DNA of 32,000 nt from Paraeggerthella hominis (GTDB taxonomy: Bacteria; Actinomycetota; Coriobacteriia; Coriobacteriales; Eggerthellaceae): contig NZ_JAJNOQ010000014.1 of NCBI RefSeq assembly GCF_021044775.1, positions 13,673 to 45,672 of the forward strand, in the 5' to 3' direction. The position numbers and the translations under genes are program-made. Below the pieces are notes generated by a model that saw nothing but the letters and a program-made list of their open reading frames with translations, was not told the origin of the DNA and did no database searches. This document shows, in pieces, positions 24,471 to 31,555 of this stretch (its first letter is position 1; each line of letters begins with the position of its first letter).

Positions 24471-26066
24471 TCATCTTTCAAACCCTGCTTTGAGCGCGTC
24501 GGGATGCTTCAGGCGCACCTCTATGCGGTCGGGCCCGTGCACTATCACGCAATCGACGAAGGTGCCAATCGTTGCGCGGTCGAGCTTGTCGGGACCGTCC
24601 CCGCAAAGCGCTGATACAGCGTGCATATCCTGCTTGTTTCGAGCGGCATCGGCGCGCGCCTTCTCCAAAGCAGCTTCCAACTGCTCGACTTCGGCAGTGC
24701 TTGCTGCGATATCGGCATCGATGGATTTCTTCTCAAGAAGGTAGTCCTCTCGCTCGACTTCGCGCAGTGCATAGCGCTCGTACAAGCTGCGGCGCTTCTC
24801 CCTGGCAGCGTCCAAGGCGCGCTTGGCCTTCTCCAAAGCCAGATCGGCCCTACGGCATGCCAAATTGTCTGCCGCCCTCTTCTTGCGCGCCTCGGCAACG
24901 CTTCGTCCCATGAGCTCCTTCTCGCGTGCGATGGCCTTCGCAACCGCGCTTTCCAAGTCGCGCTCGTATATGCGCCAGCGCTCATGTGCCTCGCGCGCGC
25001 AGGCGCAATCCGCCAGGAAATAATTGCCCTTCTTGCGGCGGTTGAACGTGAGCGTATGCCCGCAGCCCGCACGGCGCACGAACCCGACCAAAGGCGACGT
25101 CTCATCTTTCTTCACGTTTGCTCGGCGCTTGCGCGACACAAGAACCTTTTGGGCAGCCTCGAAGGTGGCCGTATCCACCAGCGCCTCATGGGCGTTTTCC
25201 GTTACGTAGCGCTCCTCTTCGGGCACCGCGCGCTTGATGTCGCGTCCGACGCACACCACCTGCTCCTTATGGCCTACGAGTGTGCCCAGGTAGGCCACGT
25301 TGCGCAGCAGGGTCGACACCTTGCTGCCGTCCCAGCCGGGATTCTTCAGCTCGGCTACGCCGTATTTGGCCTTGGCGATGCCGCGATCCATCTTGTACTT
25401 GCCGGGCCCCGGAACGCCGCGCCTGTTGAGCTCGCGCGCCACGTCGCAAGGGCGCAGACCTGAAGCCGCCAGCTCGAACGCCAGACGCACGTATTCGGCG
25501 GCTTCCTCGTCGACAAGCAGCTTGGTGCAGTCTTGCGGGTCATTGCGATAGCCGAACAGCGGCACCGAGTTGATGTGCTTGCCGCGCTTCCACTTCGAGG
25601 CGTTGGCCGACTTGATCTTCACCGAAAGCTCGCGGCTGTAGCTGGCGTTCATGATGTTGCGAAGGCCCAAATTGATGGCATCGTTTGCGGGCTGCTGCAG
25701 CTGGTCGCTGTCGTAGTTGTCCCCAATGGCGATAAAGCGCACGCGCATGAAGGGGAAGACCTGCTCTATGTAGCGGCCCGCATCCACGTAGTCGCGCCCG
25801 AAGCGCGAGAGGTCCTTGCAGATGACGCAGGTGACCATGCCCGCCTTCACGCATTCGAGCATCTGGTTGAATGCCGGGCGCTTGTCGAAGTTGCTGCCGG
25901 TGAAGCCGTCGTCGATGAACTCGTGCGTCTCCTGCCCGGCAAGCTCCGGTGCCTTGGCGACGTAGTCGGCCAAGAGCTTGCGCTGGTTGGACACGCTGTT
26001 CGATTCGGCCTTGTCGCCGTCCAAATCCCCATCGGCTTCCGAGAGCCTTATGTAGAGCGCTATCAC
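24471..26066 (-). CDS. Large serine recombinase (4th of the tandem set)
   Basis: ALYIRLSEAD; DDGFTGSNFDKRPAF; KDLSRFGRDY; a recombinase domain and a coiled-coil C-terminus. GTG at 26066 with a GAGGGTGG RBS and GTGA overlap. Confidence 0.85.
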   Translation of the reverse strand: MIALYIRLSEADGDLDGDKAESNSVSNQRKLLADYVAKAPELAGQETHEFIDDGFTGSNFDKRPAFNQMLECVKAGMVTCVICKDLSRFGRDYVDAGRYIEQVFPFMRVRFIAIGDNYDSDQLQQPANDAINLGLRNIMNASYSRELSVKIKSANASKWKRGKHINSVPLFGYRNDPQDCTKLLVDEEAAEYVRLAFELAASGLRPCDVARELNRRGVPGPGKYKMDRGIAKAKYGVAELKNPGWDGSKVSTLLRNVAYLGTLVGHKEQVVCVGRDIKRAVPEEERYVTENAHEALVDTATFEAAQKVLVSRKRRANVKKDETSPLVGFVRRAGCGHTLTFNRRKKGNYFLADCACAREAHERWRIYERDLESAVAKAIAREKELMGRSVAEARKKRAADNLACRRADLALEKAKRALDAAREKRRSLYERYALREVEREDYLLEKKSIDADIAASTAEVEQLEAALEKARADAARNKQDMHAVSALCGDGPDKLDRATIGTFVDCVIVHGPDRIEVRLKHPDALKAGFER

Positions 26067-27769
26067 AAAACCACCCTCTTGATCTTCTGCGCGCGCGATA
26101 CCCAATCGCCGAAGCGGAATGTGATATGCACGCTGCCTTTTGCCGTGATGTCTATGCGAGCGACCATCGCCCGCAAGAGTTCCTCTGAGAACGTTGTTAT
26201 GTCGTCGACCGCATCGAGTGCATGCAGCATGCCGTCGTCATGTTCGAATAATTCATCGAAGCGATTCACTGCCGCCTTCGCCGCATCCAAGCGCTCCTTC
26301 TCTTGCGCGATGAAGCACTCCGTCGCCCGCTTGTCGCTGTCGTACTGCTCGCGCGTGAAGCGGCCTGCCGCGAAGTCCTCGTAGAAGCGCTTGCGCTTGT
26401 CCTTTAGCCGCGTCAGCTCGCGCTCGCGCTTTTCCACCTGGTCGACGAGCACCTGCCTGCGCTCTTGCGCCTTAGGCAGATTGCGCAGCTGGTCGAGCAG
26501 GCCCTGCAAGCCAAGGCCGAGGCTCAATTGCGCGCGAATCTGATCTGCCACCAGCATGCGCAGCTGAAGCTCGTCGATGGAGTTCTTCTGGCAGCCCCCG
26601 AACTTCAAATGCGTCCTGCACACCATGGTCATCGAGCGATACAGCCCGTTCACCTTGTTGCGGCACGCCTGCATGCCCGCCCCGCATTCGGCGCAATAAG
26701 CCAAGTGGCGAAAGACGTTGTCCTCCTCGCCAAGCCCGACAACCGGATCCATGTTCTCGACCGGCTCCGGACGCTTGCTTTCGGGCAGTTTGCGCCCTTC
26801 GCGCTGTATGGTGAGCTTGGCAAAGTCCTCCTTTGACACGAACGCCTCGTGGGTATCCGGGTAGCGCAGCCATTCGCTTTCCGGCAATCGCACGTAGCGC
26901 CTGCCCGTAGGCGTATCGCGCACCTCACCCCTGTGCAAGACAAGGTCACCTGTGTAGACCGGGTCCTTCACGATGCTCGTGATATGGCGCGACTCCCACA
27001 TGCCGCAGATGACGCCTGCGGGGTTCTTCTTGCGCACCTGCGAGGCGAAGTGCATGCCGGGAGTTGGAGCCCCTAGGTCGTTGAGCTCCTGGGCGATCTC
27101 CTTGGGGCGGACCCCTTCGAGCCTGCGTTTGAAGATGAGGCGAGCGTACTTGGCCGTTTCCTCATCCGGCACCAGATGCGTGCGGTCTTCGCGGTCGAAG
27201 CGGTAGCCGTACACGGTGATTCCCTGCGGGGATATGCCCTGCTCCATCTGGCGCGATTTCACCTGGACGATCTTGCGGGACAGGTCGCGCGAATACGCCT
27301 CATTCACGATGTTCTTCACCGGCACGATGATGGAGCCCGCGCTGGCAGGGTCTTGCGTGTCGAAGCAGTCGTTGATCGCGATGAAGCGCACGCCCAGAAA
27401 CGGGAACACGTTTTCGAGAAGGTTGCCCATCTCCACGTGGTCGCGCCCGAAGCGGGAAAGGTCCTTCACCACGACGCAGTCGACCACGCGCTGGCGAAGG
27501 TCGTCCATGAGGCGCTGGAATTCCGGGCGCTTGAAGTTGGTGCCGGTATGCCCGTTGTCGACGTATTCGCCCACCACGCGCAAGTCGCCCTTGGTCTCGA
27601 CGAAATCCCGTATCTGGTCGAGCTGGCTTCGCAGGCTCTTGTCGTCTTCCTTGCAGTTGTTCTTGATGGAAAGGCGCGCATAGATTGCCGTGCGCCATAT
27701 GCGCTCTGCATGCTGCGCTTGCACAGGCTCATCCGCAGCGGCGCTTGCCTTCCTAGATTTGCGTGCCAT
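26063..27769 (-). CDS. Large serine recombinase (3rd)
   Basis: AIYARLS; DNGHTGTNFKRPEF; KDLSRFGRDH; a Cys-rich zinc-ribbon region CAECG...C..H; GAGGAGG RBS. Confidence 0.9.
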   Translation of the reverse strand: MARKSRKASAAADEPVQAQHAERIWRTAIYARLSIKNNCKEDDKSLRSQLDQIRDFVETKGDLRVVGEYVDNGHTGTNFKRPEFQRLMDDLRQRVVDCVVVKDLSRFGRDHVEMGNLLENVFPFLGVRFIAINDCFDTQDPASAGSIIVPVKNIVNEAYSRDLSRKIVQVKSRQMEQGISPQGITVYGYRFDREDRTHLVPDEETAKYARLIFKRRLEGVRPKEIAQELNDLGAPTPGMHFASQVRKKNPAGVICGMWESRHITSIVKDPVYTGDLVLHRGEVRDTPTGRRYVRLPESEWLRYPDTHEAFVSKEDFAKLTIQREGRKLPESKRPEPVENMDPVVGLGEEDNVFRHLAYCAECGAGMQACRNKVNGLYRSMTMVCRTHLKFGGCQKNSIDELQLRMLVADQIRAQLSLGLGLQGLLDQLRNLPKAQERRQVLVDQVEKRERELTRLKDKRKRFYEDFAAGRFTREQYDSDKRATECFIAQEKERLDAAKAAVNRFDELFEHDDGMLHALDAVDDITTFSEELLRAMVARIDITAKGSVHITFRFGDWVSRAQKIKRVVL

Positions 27770-28763
27770 GAACTACCTCCTCGATGAAGGCATCCAACCC
27801 GCGCCTGCCGCCGTTGGTGCGGTGGGCGTTGCGCGTTGCAAGGGCCTTCTGATACGTTTCTTCGTCTACCAACGCCTTTTGGGGTCCGCGTACGTAATTG
27901 CGTTCGTTTTCGGGGATCACCGCGCATTCGTGCTTGCCCGGCACACCGCTCACGCGAAAGGTTGACGGTGCCATAAGCCCCCGGTAGAAGGGGTTTTCGA
28001 TCAGCTCGTCTATGGTCCTTTTGCTCCAGTTGAGCTTGGATTTCGCAGCACGTCCGTAAAGCTGGCGGCAATGGTCTGGCGCATACATCACCCCGCGGCT
28101 GACTAGGAAGTCAGCAATATCTCCCGAGTGGCCGCCCGCTGCCGCCCAGGCGAATATCCTGCGCACCACGATTGCCACATACTCATCGACCTCGACTTTC
28201 CCGCCTGGCCTCCAGATGTATCCGTAAGGCACTTCCGATTGCTGTGGCGCTCGATTGCGCTCGCGCTGTTCGCAGGCGGCATAGCGCGCATGGCTTCTGT
28301 GGTGTTTGGTTATCTGGTCGACGTACAATTCAAGGCTGTCGTAGAAGCTGTCGAAGCCCGCCGCGCAATCGATGAAGCGCACGCCGCAGCAGCCGACAAT
28401 CGTGCGCAGGAAGTTCTGCGCCCACACGCACGAGTAGCCAAAATAGCCCACCGACGCCACCAGGATGCAATCGACATGGCGGCTTGCCACCTCATCGATC
28501 AGACGCTTGAGTTCCACGTCTCCCTTGGCTCCCGTATTGCGCTCGCGAAACGTCATCTCCTTCTTCAATGTGGGCATGCGGTGCAGCTTGGCCTTGCACA
28601 TCTTCGACTGCTCGGCCATAAGCTCAGGTACGGAATGGCCGCTTCCATACCAATAGGTCGCGCTGATGTAGACAGCCGTGCGCCAAGGCTGCCCCTTGCC
28701 GTGCTGCCCGTCGTTTTGCGCGCGGGCCAGCAGGTCGCACAGCCTCTTCTCGGCCTTATCCAT
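27753..28763 (-). CDS. Short serine-recombinase paralog (2nd) with a degenerate catalytic domain; intact ORF, probably non-catalytic
   Basis: AVYISAT aligns to A.Y.RLS (Arg to Ser, nucleophile Ser to Thr). ASVGYFGYS aligns to KDLSRFGR (both Arg lost). It retains a recombinase-domain-like middle (VPYGYIW...) and lacks the zinc ribbon and coiled coil. Confidence 0.75.
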   Translation of the reverse strand: MDKAEKRLCDLLARAQNDGQHGKGQPWRTAVYISATYWYGSGHSVPELMAEQSKMCKAKLHRMPTLKKEMTFRERNTGAKGDVELKRLIDEVASRHVDCILVASVGYFGYSCVWAQNFLRTIVGCCGVRFIDCAAGFDSFYDSLELYVDQITKHHRSHARYAACEQRERNRAPQQSEVPYGYIWRPGGKVEVDEYVAIVVRRIFAWAAAGGHSGDIADFLVSRGVMYAPDHCRQLYGRAAKSKLNWSKRTIDELIENPFYRGLMAPSTFRVSGVPGKHECAVIPENERNYVRGPQKALVDEETYQKALATRNAHRTNGGRRGLDAFIEEVVHGTQI

Positions 28764-30406
28764 TACGCATCACCATCCTTTTGCGAAGCGTTGACGTCTA
28801 CCTCGCCAGTGTTTCCCAGCTCATGGAAGCGGAAGACGATCTCGACGATGCCTCCCTCATGTATGTTGATGCGGTCGATGAGCTCCATCAGCATCAGCCG
28901 GTCGAGCTCCTCGAAGTCGCGATGCCGCGCGAGCGCGTCCAAGTACTCGTTGTCGGGCTCGGCGCGCAAAGCGCTCGCACGCTCGGCGATCTGCGCCATG
29001 GCCTTCTTCTGCTGCGCCACCTCGTGGTCGTAGGCTTTCGAGAAGTCCAGGAACTCCTCTTTGCTCAGCACCTCGTCGGCATAGTCTTCGTACATATGGC
29101 GCTTGAGCGATGCGATGCGCTCGATGCGTGCAACCATTGCGCGTTCCTGGCCCTGCAAGTCAGCCAAGAGCTGCGCGGTGCGCGAAGCCTGCTTCACCTT
29201 GCCCTCGACGTCGCCATCGTCAAGCGCGGCCGCCATGCGCTCGCGGATGCTGCGCTCGACTGCCGCCACCAGCTTGTTGCCGTTGATGTTGTGCGTGGTG
29301 CAGCTTTTGCAATCGTGCCGGTGCCCCATGCAGGTGTAGTACACGTATTCATGCTCGCCCCGGCGTATCTTGCGGCGCGCCATGGTGGAGCCGCAATCCG
29401 CGCAGAACACGAATCCCGCCAGCAGCCCCAGGCCTTTCTTGCCGGGCGATGTGCGGGTATCGCGCGCCGACAAATCCTGTACCAGGTTGAACGTGCGCTC
29501 GTCGACGATTGCCTCGTGCGACCCCTCGCATCTCTCCCATTCGCTTTCAGGGCGCGCGACGACGGTCTTGCTGCGGAAGTCGGGCTTGTAGGTTTTGCCC
29601 TGCACCAGCGTGCCCAGATACATCTCGTTTGCCAGGATGCGGATGACGACGCGCGCGCTCCAGGCGTCTTTGCCCGAGCGCTTGAAATTATCCGAAGGCC
29701 GCAGCCCTAAGCTGCGCATGTGCATGAACGGCGTGTCGGTGCCGTTGTCGTTGAGCTTGGTGGCGATAGCCTCGGCGTTCATGCCCTTCAGCCTCCATTT
29801 GAAGATGTCACGGACCACGGCTGCCGCCTGCGGATCGACCACGATCTTCGATTTGTCCGTCTCGTCTTTCAGGTAGCCGTAAGGCAGGCAGGGAGATACG
29901 CACTCGCCGCGCTTGCGCTTTGCCACCAGCTGCGTCTTAATCTTGGTGGACACGTCGCGGCAGTAGAAATCGTTCATCAGGTTCTTGAACGGGATCATGA
30001 TGCTGTCGGACATCTGCGCCGAGTCCACGCTGTCGTAGTTGTCGGCGATGGCGATGACGCGCACGCCCATCTGCGGCAGCAGGCGGTCGAGGTAATAGCC
30101 CATCTCAAGGTAGTTGCGCCCGAAGCGCGACAGGTCCTTGACGATGATGGCGTCGACTTCGCGGGTGGAGAGCGCGTCGAGCATCTCCTTGAAACCGGGG
30201 CGCTCGAAGTTGCTGCCCGAATAGCCATCGTCGCAGTAGTCTTGGACGAGAGTGATATCGCTTCGCTCGGCCGCGAAGTCGGCGATGATGTTGCGCTGGT
30301 TGACGATGCTGTTGGATTCGCCGACGTTCTCATCGTCACGCGAAAGGCGCTCGTAGCTTGCAGCGCGCCAAGCGCCCCCGTTGGGCGCGTCAATGGTTTT
30401 GAGCAT
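28763..30406 (-). CDS. Large serine recombinase (1st)
   Basis: ASYERLSRDD; DDGYSGSNFERPGF; KDLSRFGRNY; zinc ribbon CADCG...C..H..C. AGGAGG RBS, ATG at 30406. An in-frame ATG at 30445 is the alternative. Confidence 0.9.
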   Translation of the reverse strand: MLKTIDAPNGGAWRAASYERLSRDDENVGESNSIVNQRNIIADFAAERSDITLVQDYCDDGYSGSNFERPGFKEMLDALSTREVDAIIVKDLSRFGRNYLEMGYYLDRLLPQMGVRVIAIADNYDSVDSAQMSDSIMIPFKNLMNDFYCRDVSTKIKTQLVAKRKRGECVSPCLPYGYLKDETDKSKIVVDPQAAAVVRDIFKWRLKGMNAEAIATKLNDNGTDTPFMHMRSLGLRPSDNFKRSGKDAWSARVVIRILANEMYLGTLVQGKTYKPDFRSKTVVARPESEWERCEGSHEAIVDERTFNLVQDLSARDTRTSPGKKGLGLLAGFVFCADCGSTMARRKIRRGEHEYVYYTCMGHRHDCKSCTTHNINGNKLVAAVERSIRERMAAALDDGDVEGKVKQASRTAQLLADLQGQERAMVARIERIASLKRHMYEDYADEVLSKEEFLDFSKAYDHEVAQQKKAMAQIAERASALRAEPDNEYLDALARHRDFEELDRLMLMELIDRINIHEGGIVEIVFRFHELGNTGEVDVNASQKDGDA

Positions 30407-30412
30407 AGGAAA

Positions 30413-30442
30413 ACCTCCTGTAAAGCAATGTGCCCAGGAGGT
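30413..30442 (-). promoter_or_regulatory. SD-sequestering hairpin in the leader of the first recombinase gene
   Basis: Perfect 8-bp IR ACCTCCTG/CAGGAGGT with a 14-nt loop. In the mRNA the 3-prime arm contains the AGGAGG RBS of the ATG at 30406. Confidence 0.5.
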
Positions 30443-30497
30443 CATGGTTTCGGCTCTTGTTGTTAATGGAATAGAACCGGAATTCCCGCCTAGGCAT

Positions 30498-30526
30498 ATA
30501 GTAGACGGATTCGTTAATCTTTTCAA
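30498..30526 (-). promoter_or_regulatory. Near-consensus sigma-70 promoter TTGAAA-17-TACTAT upstream of the recombinase genes
   Basis: Minus-strand TTGAAA (plus strand tttcaa, 30521-30526), an exact 17-nt spacer, and TACTAT (plus strand atagta, 30498-30503). Confidence 0.55.
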
Positions 30527-30546
30527 GCAGCACATTACGCACTGCG

Positions 30547-30801
30547 CTATGAGCTTTTGACGGTGACATAGTGGGCCAGCGCGTCTTCAAGAGAGCATTC
30601 GTTCTTGAACGACAGCTTCACCACCAACCCATCGGACTTGTAGCAGTACGGGTTGCCGATCTGCTCGATGAAGCTCGAAATGCGCTCGTCATCGCTAAGC
30701 TTCGGGTCAATCGCCACGTCGCCCAAGTCGCGCAGCGTCGAAGGGTCGACCGTAGTGACATCTACCTGCTTGCATTGCTCAAGGTAGGCTTGCATATCCA
30801 T
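30547..30801 (-). CDS. Small conserved protein, paralog B (same family as 2544..2825)
   Basis: GGGGGAG RBS, ATG at 30801. High identity to paralog A. Confidence 0.75.
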   Translation of the reverse strand: MDMQAYLEQCKQVDVTTVDPSTLRDLGDVAIDPKLSDDERISSFIEQIGNPYCYKSDGLVVKLSFKNECSLEDALAHYVTVKSS

Positions 30802-30803
30802 GG

Positions 30804-31277
30804 CTACTCCCCCATCCTTGCTGCACGGTTTTCGATTACGCGCCTTAAGTGCTTTAGGACGCGAGCACGATGCTTCGACACCGTTCGATGCGTCACCCCG
30901 ATGCGGCGGCCATACTCGCGCATGGATACGCCTTCGAAGAAGAGTGCGTCGATAAGCGCCGCATCCTTCTCGTTTAACTGCGACAATGCAACGACCAGGT
31001 TCGCGATGCGCCTTTCAAATTCCGCCTCATCATCGTCATCGATGCCCACCTCGAATATCGAGTAGCAGATGAATTCGTAATCCAGCGCGTCCAAGCTCAG
31101 CACGCCATGTTTGCGATCGAGCTTGCGCAGGTAGGCAAAATGGTTGGTGGCCTTGTACCACTCCCGGTAAACTTCCTCGCTTACTTGCACGCTTGCCTTG
31201 CGATGAGCGCCGTGCTTATCGGTAGCCCTGGCGAACATCACGAACTTCTTGCTTTTGCCGTTGTCTCTTTTACGCAT
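30804..31277 (-). CDS. Sigma-70 region-4-like HTH protein (ICE-encoded sigma-like factor)
   Basis: LNEKDAALIDALFFEGVSMREYGRRIGVTHRTVSKHRARVLKHLRRV matches the sigma region 4 / LuxR-like HTH layout. ATG at 31277. Confidence 0.65.
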   Translation of the reverse strand: MRKRDNGKSKKFVMFARATDKHGAHRKASVQVSEEVYREWYKATNHFAYLRKLDRKHGVLSLDALDYEFICYSIFEVGIDDDDEAEFERRIANLVVALSQLNEKDAALIDALFFEGVSMREYGRRIGVTHRTVSKHRARVLKHLRRVIENRAARMGE

Positions 31278-31324
31278 GATTCCTGCCTTTCGGTCGTAGA
31301 AGGGACAAACCCCCTCTACTGTTG

Positions 31325-31352
31325 AAGGCAAGAAACTTGGCTTTTGGATACC
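31325..31352 (-). promoter_or_regulatory. Bipartite GGTATCC-N15-TGCCTT motif, copy 3 (head of the sigma/recombinase operon)
   Basis: Plus strand AAGGCA at 31325-31330 and GGATACC at 31346-31352. TGCCTT ends 47 nt upstream of the sigma-like ATG. Confidence 0.5.
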
Positions 31353-31555
31353 CTGCGATGGGATTTTTTTGCTTCTGCATGGCAGGCAAAACGAAAAAAG
31401 CGCCCCGTTCCCTACCTTGCAGCAGGAAAACGAGACGCTTTAGGGGTCTGCCCTATTGATAAAACAACGCTTCACCTGGCGCCAACCTGAGCAAAGTCGT
31501 TATAAAATAGTATATGGTATATATGCGATTAATAGTCACCTAAGAGATGTGAAAA

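Larger units (their letters stand above)
1230..31555. mobile_element. Conjugative element (ICE or ICE-like plasmid) of the Firmicutes/Actinobacteria type, with partition, relaxase, T4SS, replication and serine-recombinase modules. The ends cannot be fixed from a single copy.
   Basis: It co-locates parA/parB-like genes, mobC plus relaxase, VirD4, VirB4, PrgI, Maff2, a VirB6-like protein, a CwlT-like hydrolase, an LPXTG-type adhesin, DnaD/DnaC-like genes and four serine recombinases. Shared regulatory motifs recur across the span. G+C drops near 31490. Confidence 0.7.

Noticed and set aside
24154-24474. 106-aa minus-strand ORF spanning the organizer upstream region.
   Set aside because: It has no RBS, its product is Arg-rich, and it spans the regulatory motif and the recombinase stop. 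Only its last 48 codons (from ATG 24300) remain a weak alternative to the 38-aa ORF.
24441-31352. The imperfect ~48-bp direct repeat at 24421-24468 and 31305-31352 read as target-site or terminal repeats of a nested 6.9-kb recombinase cassette.
   Set aside because: A third copy of the core motif lies upstream of parA in the opposite orientation, matching that operon's direction. Serine-recombinase att sites are also not expected to form long direct repeats. A shared promoter or regulatory element explains all three copies.
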